Position numbers and translations under genes: made by a program | Notes under the pieces: model-generated | Databases searched by the model: none | What the model saw: the letters and a program-made list of their open reading frames with translations, nothing else | Told to the model about the DNA's origin: nothing | From: a virus | Lineage: Duplodnaviria > Caudoviricetes | Direction: 5' to 3' (one strand) | Virus record (IMG/VR): IMGVR_UViG_3300036803_000035 | Span: 793-64,792 of that record | Length of the DNA stretch: 64,000 nt | In this document: piece after piece, positions 51,890-62,464 of the stretch | Layout of the letters: each line of letters starts with the position of its first letter | How positions within the stretch are numbered: position 1 is the first letter of the stretch

Positions 51890-52200
51890 CGCGTGAACCG
51901 ATCGTAGGCGCCGAGCGCGCGATCCAGATCGACGGCGAGCGCCGGATCGAGCATGGCGCCGTTCTGATCACGCACCGCCCGCGCCGCGCTGATCACTTCG
52001 ACCGCGCGCGCCAGCGCTTCCAGGTCGGCCAGGACGCCGGTCATCAACGCGATCTCCTGGTCGGCATCCGCCTGCGTCATGCGATTGTCGCGCACCAGCC
52101 GGGGATAGACGCGCCGGCGGTAGCCGAGCTCGCGTTTGACACAGCCGAGCCGCGCGGCGAGTCCCTGCTCCTGGGGCGTGCGGAACAGGTCGCCGCTCAT
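51886..52200 (-). CDS. Hypothetical protein
   Basis: RLGCVKRELGYRRRVYPRLVRDNRMTQADADQEIALM. Confidence 0.65.
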   Translation of the reverse strand: MSGDLFRTPQEQGLAARLGCVKRELGYRRRVYPRLVRDNRMTQADADQEIALMTGVLADLEALARAVEVISAARAVRDQNGAMLDPALAVDLDRALGAYDRFTR

Positions 52201-52503
52201 GGTCGATGATCGCGCAGCGTGCGGATTGCCAAGCCGATCCCCGGTCGGTCCTTTTCCTCGGTTGCCGGATCGATCAATAGATCGGTCAGCAGATCGATGG
52301 CGGGCCGCATCGCGGGCGGCACACCACTCGTCTTCCGGGCACGGCCTCTTGAACCACGAACAGTAGCCGCCGGTGCATTCGGCGGGCCATTGGTGCTCGA
52401 CGTTTCGCTGGTGCTCATGGGCGTCCATCTTCCCCTAACCCGTTGGCGTTTGGTGCTAAGCCGTTGATGTTCTCGTGCACGTGCACGCGCGCGCGCACGA
52501 GGG

Positions 52504-53922
52504 TCACACTTCGCTCGACCGATCGCTGAGCGCGAGATCGATGTCCTGCAGCAGCGCCGGCGGGCACTCCATGCGATAGCGCGAGACTTGACCGTTGATC
52601 TCGGCGAGGCGCCCGCGACTATCGGCGGCGCGGATCGCGCGGATCACTTCCTCGCTCCACTTCACCCAATCGGCGCCGGCGGGGCTGCGCTCGGGTGTCA
52701 AGGGCGGTTGCTGCCGAGCCCCGGCGGGCGAGCCACCGGCCGCGGTGGAGCGGTTCGGCTCGGCAGCGCCACCGGCGCCCGTGGTCCCGGTGCCGGCGGT
52801 ATCCTGCTGGGAGTCGTTCTGACTCCCGTTTTCCTTCATCCCGTTGCCGGCAAGGGCGAACGGATCGAGCTCGCGCGTGATCTCGTCATAGCGCGCCTTG
52901 ATGCGCGCGGCATCCTCGGCGTTCCAATCCCGCAGCGCGTTGTAGGTTTCGCGGTTGTTGGTGGCGATCGTCTCGACGGCTCGGCGCGCCTCGCCCTTGT
53001 CCGGTCGCTTCGCAGCGAGATCGAGGGCGGCGATGATCGCGTCGGCGACATTGCTGCGCAGATATTCGACGATCTCGCCCTCGGCGTCGGTCACGTCCAT
53101 GACCGGCTCGGCGGGCGCTGGCGGCGGTGGCGGCGGTGGCGATGCCGTCTGTTCGATGTATTGCTGGCGCTGCGGGCGCGCCGGCATTCCGCCCTCGACG
53201 GTCGGCGAGTGATCGATGACCTGGCCCCACATTTCCTCGGCCGAGTAAGTGTTGCCGAGCTCCTCGGGGAAACCGCTGCGCAGCGCGGCCGCCTCGGCGC
53301 ACTTCACCAGCTGACCGATCGGGCGCTTTTTCCACATGCTGTTCGGCGCGAGCGTGTCTTTCTTCGCCGTCGCATAGGTTTCGCGCCAGTAGACTTTCGG
53401 CCCCACGATCGCCTGCTTCCTGCCGAGCCGATCCAGCCGGTAGACCGTCACCTGTGCCCACTCGGGATAGTCGAGCGTGACGGTGTCGAGGCTGGCCTTC
53501 ACCATCGGCCCCAGCTTCGCGTCATCGATGCCGCCGTAATCCTTCGTGCGCATCGCGGTGGTGCGGAGCTCGCCGATCCCCGGCCACACCGACTCGATCT
53601 CGCGCCCGAGTGTCGAATTCCAAATCGGCACGACATGAACCGGCCGCTTGAACGGATCGAGATTGCGCGACCGGCAATAATCGAGCGCGAGCATGACGCC
53701 TTGCGGTGTCTTGGCGCTCGGCCACACGACATCCACGAATTGCTGCCATTGACCGAGCTCGTATCCCATGCGCTGCGCTTCGAGCGGCATCGGGATCCTC
53801 GGGCGATAGACCGCGACGGCGCCCTGATTGACCGGCTGCTGCGGCGGCGCCTGCTGCTGGCGCGGCGGCGGGCGCGTTTGCGTCGTGCGACCGCGTGACT
53901 GCTGACCCTGTGCCATGTTCAC
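52504..53922 (-). CDS. bet: Bet/RecT-family single-strand annealing protein with a long C-terminal tail
   Basis: LDYCRSRNLDPFKRPVHVVP, GIGELRTTA.RT..YGG, NSMWKKRPIGQLVKCAEAAALRSGFPEE.G..YSAEEM. Confidence 0.88.
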   Translation of the reverse strand: MNMAQGQQSRGRTTQTRPPPRQQQAPPQQPVNQGAVAVYRPRIPMPLEAQRMGYELGQWQQFVDVVWPSAKTPQGVMLALDYCRSRNLDPFKRPVHVVPIWNSTLGREIESVWPGIGELRTTAMRTKDYGGIDDAKLGPMVKASLDTVTLDYPEWAQVTVYRLDRLGRKQAIVGPKVYWRETYATAKKDTLAPNSMWKKRPIGQLVKCAEAAALRSGFPEELGNTYSAEEMWGQVIDHSPTVEGGMPARPQRQQYIEQTASPPPPPPPAPAEPVMDVTDAEGEIVEYLRSNVADAIIAALDLAAKRPDKGEARRAVETIATNNRETYNALRDWNAEDAARIKARYDEITRELDPFALAGNGMKENGSQNDSQQDTAGTGTTGAGGAAEPNRSTAAGGSPAGARQQPPLTPERSPAGADWVKWSEEVIRAIRAADSRGRLAEINGQVSRYRMECPPALLQDIDLALSDRSSEV

Positions 53923-53956
53923 TCCTGCTTCGGGGATTTGTTGTCGGTGGTGTTCA

Positions 53957-54790
53957 TCATCGCACCCTCAATGCTGTGTCCTCTTTGATCGTCGCGCCGG
54001 TGATCTCCCGGCCGCCCGCCTTGATGAAACTACGGAGCGCCTTTTCGATGCAGTCGGTCGGCAGATGCGGGCGCAGCGCTTCGAGGTCGATCGTGTCGCG
54101 GTTCAGATCGGTGAAAATGAACACGCGCTGCAAGGTGCCGAGCGCGCCCAATTCGGTGCGCGTGCGCGCGAGCTCGGCCGGCTTCGCCTCGGCGGCGCGG
54201 GTCGCCACGACCGCGACCGTCTCGGCCTTCGAGGCAGCCTCGCCGGCGGCGATCGCGGTGTCGAGGTCCTCAACCGTCGGCTCGACTTTCTCCATCATCG
54301 CCTGCTCGGCCGCTTCCGCCTCGGCGCGCTGGCGAGCGGCTTCCTCCTCGGCGGCACGCTGCGCCGCGATCCTGGCCTTGCGCTCGGCCTCGGCCTTGTC
54401 GTCGAGGTACTTTTTCGCCCGGCGATCGACGTCCACACGGACCGTCACGACGCGGTCGCGGAGCTCGTGCCAGCGATTGTCGACCAGCTGGCCGCCGGCG
54501 AGGAACGGTTGCTTGCGCGCCGTGTGGTCGGCATCGACCAGCTTGATCAACGTGCCCAGCTGTTTCGAGAAGTCGAGGCAGCGCTTGTGGGTTTCATCGT
54601 CGCCGATCTTTGCCGGCACCCGCGTGTAGGCGTCGAGGAGCTCGGTGCGCCGTTCGACCAGCGATTGCTGCGCCTCGATCAGGTATTCGCGCAGGGCGTC
54701 GGCCGCGAGACCGCCATCCTCGTTGAAGAAATTCAGGTTGTGACCGACGCGCGGCGGCGGTGCGGTTTCGATCGCTGGTGCTTCGCTCAT
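53957..54790 (-). CDS. Coiled-coil phage recombination-arm protein
   Basis: PRVGHN start, RKQPFLAGGQLVD, IEKALRSFIKAG.REI.GA.I; usual neighbour of Bet. Confidence 0.65.
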   Translation of the reverse strand: MSEAPAIETAPPPRVGHNLNFFNEDGGLAADALREYLIEAQQSLVERRTELLDAYTRVPAKIGDDETHKRCLDFSKQLGTLIKLVDADHTARKQPFLAGGQLVDNRWHELRDRVVTVRVDVDRRAKKYLDDKAEAERKARIAAQRAAEEEAARQRAEAEAAEQAMMEKVEPTVEDLDTAIAAGEAASKAETVAVVATRAAEAKPAELARTRTELGALGTLQRVFIFTDLNRDTIDLEALRPHLPTDCIEKALRSFIKAGGREITGATIKEDTALRVR

Positions 54791-54798
54791 GTTCCCCC

Positions 54799-55221
54799 TC
54801 AGAATGCCGGCGGTGTGTCGTACCAATCGACGCGCTGCCGGGGGCGCGCGATTGCCTCTCTCGGTTTGAAGCCCTTCGCCCAGCGCTGATCATCAACGCG
54901 GAAGCGATAATCGCCCTCGGTGATTTCCTCGCGCTGGCGCGCCCGCCATACGGCGTCGAGATCAGCTGGCTCCTCGAGAATGAAGGCGGCGAGAAAGCGG
55001 CTCCGCTCCATGACATTCTCGGGCAACCCCGGCTCGTGCAATGTCTCCACCCAGCGGATGCACGCCGGCGCCGGCGGTCCACCTTTCACAAGTCGGATCA
55101 CCCAATATCCCGGCTCGGGTCCACCGGAAGGGTCGAGCTCGCCGCGCACGGCTCGCCGCATGAGCTCGCGCGCGATCATCGCCGGCGTCATCGCATCGAA
55201 GATCGAGCCGCGCGGCGTCAA
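54799..55221 (-). CDS. Hypothetical protein
   Basis: PEPGYW.IRLVKGGP..PA.I; GGAGG RBS near a TTG start. Confidence 0.6.
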   Translation of the reverse strand: MTPRGSIFDAMTPAMIARELMRRAVRGELDPSGGPEPGYWVIRLVKGGPPAPACIRWVETLHEPGLPENVMERSRFLAAFILEEPADLDAVWRARQREEITEGDYRFRVDDQRWAKGFKPREAIARPRQRVDWYDTPPAF

Positions 55222-55586
55222 TGAAACCTCCCGAGCTCGCGGTCGATCGCGGCCATGCGTTCGCGATAGCGTGCCGCCTCTGGCGAGTTTGACGCCACAG
55301 CCGCGAGCCGCGCCATCAATGCCGACTTTTCCTGGCGCAGCCGTTCGCCGAGCGGGATCCCGGGCGGCGGCGGCAGGTCGGCGTCCTGCATGTCGATCTC
55401 GATGGTGACCGCCTCCTGGCAATGCGGGCAGGTGATTGTCAGAGGGCCCATGCGAATATGCGGCAGCGGCGGCGGGGCCTTCGGCCACCAGCGCTCGCGC
55501 AATATCCGACCCAGCGCGTAGCCGATCGAACCGAAAATCACGCCGCATATCAAGCCGGTCAGGGCGGCGATAAAGGCTGTTTCCAT
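55218..55586 (-). CDS. Membrane-anchored protein with CPHC motif
   Basis: N-terminal TM helix; first gene of the leftward arm. Confidence 0.55.
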   Translation of the reverse strand: METAFIAALTGLICGVIFGSIGYALGRILRERWWPKAPPPLPHIRMGPLTITCPHCQEAVTIEIDMQDADLPPPPGIPLGERLRQEKSALMARLAAVASNSPEAARYRERMAAIDRELGRFH

Positions 55587-55687
55587 TTTTGTTCCCGTTG
55601 GCGTCTCAGGTTACTCCGCACGAGGATTTCCCTGCAAGAGACTCCGGCCTATTGACTCCGGGTTTGCCGGCAAGGAATCCTGTCGGC

Positions 55688-55942
55688 ATGGCGCGACCCA
55701 CAGCACGATACAAGGAACGGTTACGCCAGAAGCGCGGTGCGCGTTTTCGATCGCGCGCCACGGAAAGAGCCATCAAAGCCGCCGGCGGCGTGACCGAGCT
55801 CGCCGCCATGCTGCGCCTCAGCCCGCAGTCGGTGTCCGAGTGGGCATTGGTCCCGCCCGAGCGTTGCCTCAAGGTCGAGGAGCTCACCGGCGTCAGTCGC
55901 CACGAATTGCGTCCCGACATCTACGGCAGAGCGCCGACCTAA
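55688..55942 (+). CDS. Cro-like / YdaS-family HTH regulator
   Basis: AIKAAGGVTELAAMLRLSPQSVSEW..VPPERCLKVEELTGVSRHELRPDIY. Confidence 0.85.
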   Translation: MARPTARYKERLRQKRGARFRSRATERAIKAAGGVTELAAMLRLSPQSVSEWALVPPERCLKVEELTGVSRHELRPDIYGRAPT

Positions 55943-56012
55943 AACGACCAACGCCCCGACCGGCAGATCGGGGCGCTGGCAACGTGCACATTTTGCACCG
56001 GCAGGGGGACCG

Positions 56013-56798
56013 ATGCCTTCGCGAACGCCGCACAATACACAAGGGAACGGCTCAGCGCCACAAAAGGCGGAAACTCCGCCACAGGTTACTCCGGATCACG
56101 GCGTCGCCGAACAGCGCTTGCGAGCCTACGTCGAGCGCATTCAACGCCTTGAAGCCGAGATCAAGGCGCTCAACGATGACAAGTCGGAAGTCTACAGCGA
56201 AGCCAAGTCGGTCGGCTTCAACGTCGCCATCCTGCGAATCGTGATCAAGCGGCTGAAAATGGATGACGGCGATCGCCGCGAGCAGGACACCCTGGTCGAT
56301 CTCTATGAGCGGGTCATCGCCGGGCAATCGATGGCGATGGCGAGCGGCTATGCCGAGCGCGATGCGAGCGCCGCCGAGGAAGCGCGCATCAACCTCATTC
56401 GGATGCAGGCGCGCGATCTCGGGCGCATGGACGCCCGCGCCGGCAATCGCGACCACGCCGATCAATATCCGAACGGTACCGATGGCTGCGCCGATTACGA
56501 GCTCGGGCACCAGGACATCGAATTGGAACGCGAGGCGCGGATAAAGAACCGCGCCAATTCGGCAACCGGGCTCGGGCAGGCCGCAGCGCGCGCCTACAAG
56601 CTGCAACCAAATCCCGAGAACGATCGCGCGAGCAACCCCTATGAGCCGGATAGCGATCTGGCGAAGCTGTGGGATGCCGCCTGGGAATACGAGGTCGGGC
56701 AGCGTCACGACACCACGCAGCCGACCGGCGCCGCGGACGGTTCTCGCGTTTCGCCCGAGCCGCGGCGCCGTCCCTCTCGCCGGAAGAAAGCCGCGTGA
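56013..56798 (+). CDS. GapR/DUF2312 domain protein with C-terminal extension
   Basis: AEQRLRAYVERIQRLEAEIKALNDDKSEVYSEAKSVGFNVAILRIVIKRLKMD..DRREQDTLVDLYE. Confidence 0.85.
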   Translation: MPSRTPHNTQGNGSAPQKAETPPQVTPDHGVAEQRLRAYVERIQRLEAEIKALNDDKSEVYSEAKSVGFNVAILRIVIKRLKMDDGDRREQDTLVDLYERVIAGQSMAMASGYAERDASAAEEARINLIRMQARDLGRMDARAGNRDHADQYPNGTDGCADYELGHQDIELEREARIKNRANSATGLGQAAARAYKLQPNPENDRASNPYEPDSDLAKLWDAAWEYEVGQRHDTTQPTGAADGSRVSPEPRRRPSRRKKAA

Positions 56799-57001
56799 GC
56801 GACGCGCAGCGAACGGGTGCGGAGCTCGCCGATCGGCTGCTGGTCGATTTGAAAGCCGGTCGCCGCGAGAAGGTCGGTCTTGAGGACATCGAGGAGGCGG
56901 CGGCGAAGATCGTCGCGCGATCAATGCCGAGCGGCGCCTTGGAGCATCGCCTCATCGTCGATTGGACGATCAGGTTCCTCGTCGAGAGGCTGTCGCGTTG
57001 A
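56795..57001 (+). CDS. Hypothetical protein
   Basis: GTGA-coupled. Confidence 0.5.
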   Translation: MSDAQRTGAELADRLLVDLKAGRREKVGLEDIEEAAAKIVARSMPSGALEHRLIVDWTIRFLVERLSR

Positions 57002-57471
57002 ATTCACAATACGAGCGCACGCTCCAACAAGAGATCATCTGGCGGACCAACCGCCTGCCGATCAAAGTCGCGCCGATCCCGAACGGGATTTGGATACCCT
57101 CGCGAAGCATCGGCGACATCCGGTGCCCGAATTGCAGTTTTGAATTCGAGGCGCCCGGCCAAGAAAAACTCGTGGCGCGCATCATCAATCGGCTCAAGAC
57201 CGACGGGATGTTGGTGCCCGGTCTACCTGATCTTGCCGTGATCTGGCACGGCGGCGGCGGCTTCCTCGAATTGAAGCGGCCGGCGTCAAAAGACCTATTC
57301 GGCGTGCGCACCCCGGCAGGGCGCCCGTCCGACACACAAAAACAATTCGCCGAGGAGTGCGGCCGGCTCGGGGTCAATCACGCATTTTGCTCGACCTGGG
57401 AAGAAACGCGCGACCGCCTGCGCCAATGGGGAGCGTTGAACGATGACCGGCAGCATCGGGTTTCAGACTGA
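56998..57471 (+). CDS. VRR-NUC / PD-(D/E)XK endonuclease with CPNC insert
   Basis: IPNG...GMLVPGLPDL....FLELKRP...GRPSDTQKQF. Confidence 0.8.
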   Translation: MNSQYERTLQQEIIWRTNRLPIKVAPIPNGIWIPSRSIGDIRCPNCSFEFEAPGQEKLVARIINRLKTDGMLVPGLPDLAVIWHGGGGFLELKRPASKDLFGVRTPAGRPSDTQKQFAEECGRLGVNHAFCSTWEETRDRLRQWGALNDDRQHRVSD

Positions 57472-57683
57472 CGCCGCAACCACGAGGGAAATGATCGAAT
57501 GGATATGGCTCGCGCGAGATATTGACAGCACGATCGCCGACGCGCGGCTGCACACCAGCGCGGCGCGTTTCGATTGGCGATCGTTGGGGTTATCGGGGCC
57601 GGCGACGTGGGAGATATATCGTCGCGCGATGCTTCGATGGGCGATCGATCAACAGCTTTGCTCACAGTGGGGGGACCACGACC

Positions 57684-58355
57684 ATGCTCGCCAACATCAC
57701 CGTCTCAGCCGACCCGTTGTTGAACCTCGCCGATCGGCACATGCGCCTGATTTTGGTGCTGCGGCAATTCGCTGACCGCAACGGCAAATGCTTCCCGTCG
57801 CTGCGCACGATCGCGGATCGGGCGAAACGATCGCTCGCCTGGGTCGGCAAACAGCTGCGCGAGATGGAGTCGCTCGGCTACTTCGAACGCGAGCGCAACG
57901 TCGGCTCCTACTGCTACCGTTTGGCAAAGCAATTCCTGAGTCCACCACGTATGGACTCCAGTAAAAGACCAGCAGTCGCGCCGCGCTCGCAGACTTACCA
58001 ACAGGAGCCGGAGTCCACCGGGAGTGCACAGAAAGAGTCGAAGGATATTTTTGATTCTAAGAGTGTCACAGGGACGTTCCGCCGCTTCGCGGCGCGAAAG
58101 GGGAGCACGCCGGAAGGCAAAGCCAAGGCTCGCGACCGATGGATCGCGAAGTTAGGGCGATTTGCGGCCGCGCGCGGGTTTGTCGGCGAGTTCTGGACGC
58201 GCTGCATGGGTGATGCCGCCGCCGCCGCCAGCTATCTCGAAACGGTCAATGCTCGGATGCGCGGCGAGGGTTGGGACGATCGCCGCTCGGATTTCGCCGA
58301 CAAGGAAGCGCGGCGGCAGGCGTCGGTGGAGGGCGTCAATGCGACCTATCGGTGA
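57684..58355 (+). CDS. Helix-turn-helix replication-initiator-like protein
   Basis: LRQFADRNGKCFPSLRTIADRAKRS...V.KQLREMESLGY.ER. Confidence 0.7.
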   Translation: MLANITVSADPLLNLADRHMRLILVLRQFADRNGKCFPSLRTIADRAKRSLAWVGKQLREMESLGYFERERNVGSYCYRLAKQFLSPPRMDSSKRPAVAPRSQTYQQEPESTGSAQKESKDIFDSKSVTGTFRRFAARKGSTPEGKAKARDRWIAKLGRFAAARGFVGEFWTRCMGDAAAAASYLETVNARMRGEGWDDRRSDFADKEARRQASVEGVNATYR

Positions 58356-58572
58356 AGCCGTCGATGACCTGATCGACGTCTCGCTCGCCGGCACACGGCG
58401 CTGGTCGGAAGCGCAGGAAAAGGCGCGCCGCGTGGCGATCGACCGCCGGCTGCGCGTCGAGATCGAGCGGTTGCGCAAGCGCGCGAAGGTGTATTTCGAC
58501 CTCGGCGATGAGGCCGGCGTGCTCGAATGCTTCGCAGCGATCAACGTGCTGAATGAGGGAGCCGAGCGATGA
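58339..58572 (+). CDS. Hypothetical protein
   Basis: GGAGG RBS; overlap-coupled. Confidence 0.5.
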   Translation: MRPIGEAVDDLIDVSLAGTRRWSEAQEKARRVAIDRRLRVEIERLRKRAKVYFDLGDEAGVLECFAAINVLNEGAER

Positions 58573-59201
58573 GGAATCTGTTCGAGTCTGCCGAGGAACG
58601 CGAGACGCGGGAAATCATCAAGCGACGCACGCCGGTCGCCTTGCGGTCGGAGGACGTTCAATTTTGCTGGGGTATTTCGATTGCGCGCAGCGCTCGCGCC
58701 AAAACCGCAAGGCGGCGCGACACGACCGGCAAAAACAATCGGCACGGTCCCGAACAGCGGCGCGGTCTATTGGGCGAAAACGCCGGCTGGCTGTATCTCG
58801 ACGAGCCGAAGTGGGTGCCGTTCGAAATGGACCCCAAGCCCGACGCCGCCGATCTTGCCGACTTCATCGATGTGAAGTGCCGCGAGAAAGGCACGCATAT
58901 GTGCATCTATCCCGCGAACGGGAGCGGCGAGTGCAAGGTCAATCCCGACTTCGCCTATATCTGCGCCGTGGCGCCCGGCTTCACTCGGTTTAGCCGCCGA
59001 GTGCTGGACAACGGGATGACCGTGTACTTGTGCGGCTGGATGTGGGGCCGCGACGTCCTCGAACGATATTCGATCACCGACAAGATGCACACCGGGCGAC
59101 CGTGCTATTGGGTGCCGGAGATCGATCTCTATCCGATGCCCGAGCTCCGCGAGATCAATCGACGCCGCGCCGCCGGTCGCAATTTCCGCGTGGTGTGCTG
59201 A
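58569..59201 (+). CDS. Hypothetical protein
   Basis: ATGA-coupled; 210 aa; IDVK and VYLCGW motifs. Confidence 0.65.
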   Translation: MRNLFESAEERETREIIKRRTPVALRSEDVQFCWGISIARSARAKTARRRDTTGKNNRHGPEQRRGLLGENAGWLYLDEPKWVPFEMDPKPDAADLADFIDVKCREKGTHMCIYPANGSGECKVNPDFAYICAVAPGFTRFSRRVLDNGMTVYLCGWMWGRDVLERYSITDKMHTGRPCYWVPEIDLYPMPELREINRRRAAGRNFRVVC

Positions 59202-62200
59202 TGACCTGGCTGCACGACATCGCTCGCAATCCGTTCGCCGTCGCGTTGGTGATCTCGGCGCTGATCATCCTGTTTTCGGAGTGGATGGCATGGCAGTGAA
59301 CCTCCCCTGGCCGAAGCAACCGACCGCCGACGATGACGACGAGGCCGATCGGCAAATGCTCGTGCTGGCGATCGCCGAATTGGCGCTGCGCCGCCCGGGC
59401 TGGGACAACACGCTGCGCCGGCTGGCCGGGCGGCTGCACGGTGAGGGCATGTTCGTCGCGTTCAAAAACACGAGTCGGGGTGTTGTCGATGACGGGAAAC
59501 TCGACGAGGCATTGCGCCTGCTGCGCAAGATCGACGCGGCACAGGTGTGCTCGTGAGGCGCCTGCAACAGCAGCTTGACGATCTCTCGGCGATGGTCGGT
59601 CGCCCGGTGTGCTGCGTTTGCGAAAACCCGCCGACCTTCAACGCGCCGCTCTATCGGTTGAACGGGCTGCCGGCGGGTCCGCTGTGGGCGTGCTGGGGCC
59701 ACTACGTCGCGGTGAAACTGCGCAAGCCGGCGACGTCAACGCCAACCTTGGAGGCGAAATGAAGCGCGGCTCGCTGAAACTCAATCAGCCGGTGCGCCGC
59801 AAAGGGCTGTACCACACGCGAGATCGGTCCATGTCGGCGCGCGCCGTCGGTCCTGATCTCGTGGCAAACTCGCTCGACGTGCCGCCGCTCAATGTCGCCT
59901 TCGAGCCGCTCGCCGACGTGGCGAAGGCGCAACGGCGCCAGCTGATCCGCGATGCGCTGCGCCGGCACGGTCTACTGCGGGAGGATCGAGAATGAACGAC
60001 CCAAAGGAAATCGCCGACGCGCTGCTGCTTCGGCTCAAGAGCGGCGAGCTCGCCAAGATCGGCATCGAGGAAGTTCGCGCCGCCGCATTGCAAGCGACCG
60101 GCATTGCGGCGACCGTCGAATTCGAGGAGGCCGTGTGCCGCGCGATCGTTTATAGCGCCGGCGCCGGCGGCATCGATCTGGCCTTTCCATACGCCACGGA
60201 CGAGACGCCGCTTGATGCCGCCGCGATCGACCGCCTTTCGGCCGAACTCATGCTGCGATGCCAGCAGCACATGCGCCAACGAGGCGGGGTTGCCGGCAAG
60301 CGGTCAGCCGTCCTCGAAGTCATCAACGCCGCCGCACAAGTGGTCGCCGTGCTGCTGGCGGGCACGTCCTTTGATCCCAAGGCGTTCGAATTCCTCCGGC
60401 GCGCGCTCGCGGACAATCTCGCGATGGTCGCCCTGTCGGAAGGGCAGAACGAAGCGATCGAAGCGCGATTACAGGGGCGCCGGATCACGCCGCCCTGGCT
60501 CGATTATGGCCGCGCGGCGCACATTCTGATCGACCACGAAGGCTATCGCGGGCTGGTCGCCGGCAAGGAAGTGATCGCCACCGACAAGATCAGCGGCGAG
60601 CTCGTGCATCTGCTGCTACAGGACATCGGCTTTCGCACGATGCGCGCCGCGATCGATGATGCCGAACGCGCGTAGGGGGGAATGGGAGCCGCCCGGACCC
60701 GAGATCGTGTTTCGATTGAACTACGATCAGGCGGTTGACGTGTTCGAAGCCTACAAGGCGTCGCGCTTTGGCCGCCCGCGCACGGTCGAGATCGTCAAGA
60801 CGATGGCAGCGGCACTCGCGCGCGTCGATCCCGAGCGCTTCGGCTGGTATGGGGCGCACCTGTGATCACGATCAAGAGCCGCCGCCCGTCGCTGAAACCG
60901 ACCACGCTCTATCGCGACTATGCTTTCGCGTGGACAATCAGCGGGCTCAATGTGATCCGCGCTCGATCGCGGGCAGAGGCGCGCGAGAAGTTTGATCGAA
61001 TGTCGCGGGCGACGATGCTCAATCGCGGCGGCTGGACCTTTCACATTGTCGCCGTCCGATCGCCGGGAGAGGAGATCGATTGATGCGGCGCCCGCTTCGC
61101 CCGTATCGCGGCACGGCTCGCGTTGCGCGCAACATCACCGGACACCGGGAAGGCGCACCCTATGCGCCGCCGCCGCCCTCGAAGCTGCCGCCGAAACCGT
61201 CCTGGCTGAAACTCGGCGCTCGCGTCGCGCTGCTGACGCGGATCAGCGATCGGTGCGCCAGTGGCATAGTCGGCGCGATTTACGAGATCAGACCGACCGA
61301 GGATGGCGAGACATGGGAAGTCGGCTGCACGCTGCCGCCGGATGGCCGATCGGCGAATCGTCGCTATCGCCTGAATGAGATCGCGCTGTGGCAGGAAGCG
61401 GCAAGCCCCGACAATGCCGCCATTCTTCCCGATGACTAGCCGCGACCTGTACCGCATTGTACCGCGCGGTGCATGGGCGAGCTCGTGTCGTTCGCGGATC
61501 ACAATGACGGCCGCTGGCTGGAGGTTCGACTGACCGCCGTCGCTCGCGGCGAGCACGGCAAGTTCGCCGGGCAATTCCCGCGCGCCGCGCCGGCGTGGTA
61601 CGTGGTGCGCACCTGTCCCTGCTGTCGCGGCGAGCTCGTGACCATCCCGCTCGAAACCCGCGACCAGGCCGAGACGGCGCGCACGGCGATGATCGAAGTC
61701 GCCAAGGCGCTATCGCGCAGGGACACCCCAAAGGCGGCGGTCGCATGATCCGGCCGCGGTGGTTGGCATGGCTGCTGGCTCACGCTCGCGGGTTTTTCTG
61801 GCTGCCGTGCCCGATCTGCAATCGCGGCTTCGCCGGTTTCGAAAGTGGCGAACACGATCTGCTGGCGCCCGATTTCGCGACCGGCCGCGTCGTGTGCTCG
61901 CGCACCGAATGCCAGGAGGCGGCGATCCGGCACAACCGACAGCTGTCGCGGGAGAACAAGGCGGCCGGCCGCATGTGGTCGCCCGGGTATCTCTCCGACA
62001 AATATGCGCACCTCGATGAGCCGCCGGCATGAGCCTGAAAAACGAGGACGCCTGGGCCAAGACGGCAATCGCCTTCGGGATCCTGGTCGGGGTGCCGCTG
62101 CTCGCGATCGCGGTGCTGCTGGCGATCGTCGAATGAGCATGGCGCGCTGTGCCTTTTGCGGCGGCGACGGGATCCCCGACACCTATCGGCCGATCGGCGG

Positions 62201-62372
62201 GCTCTATCGCGGCAAGACCCATCGCGTGAATTACGACTCGGTGCACCAGGTCGCGATCTGCATTTACTGCACGCGCGCGGCGCTTCGATGCTTTGGCGAA
62301 GTGCCTGACGTCGAGCCGAACGTCCTAGACTTCACGGCGGCAAGAGAAGCGCGGCGCCCCGATCGTGAGTAG
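59201..62372 (+). other. Run of about 12 short, tightly overlapping hypothetical CDSs (e.g. 59290-59556, 59759-59995, 59992-60675, 60656-60865, 60862-61083, 61080-61439, 61473-61748, 61745-62032, 62134-62372)
   Basis: Consecutive start/stop overlaps on the + strand; no recognised domains. Individual starts are approximate. Confidence 0.55.
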
Positions 62373-62464
62373 TTGCCGGATTAGCGGCGCTGCTCTATCA
62401 ACCATCGGTTTTCCATTTCCCAGGAACGGGGAACGCCGGCGTGTTCGCCGTCCTATGTGGATTG

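Noticed and set aside
57443-57775. 110-aa ORF between VRR-NUC and the HTH replication gene
   Set aside because: It overlaps the next gene by about 90 nt and has no motif; it may be partly real but cannot be supported.
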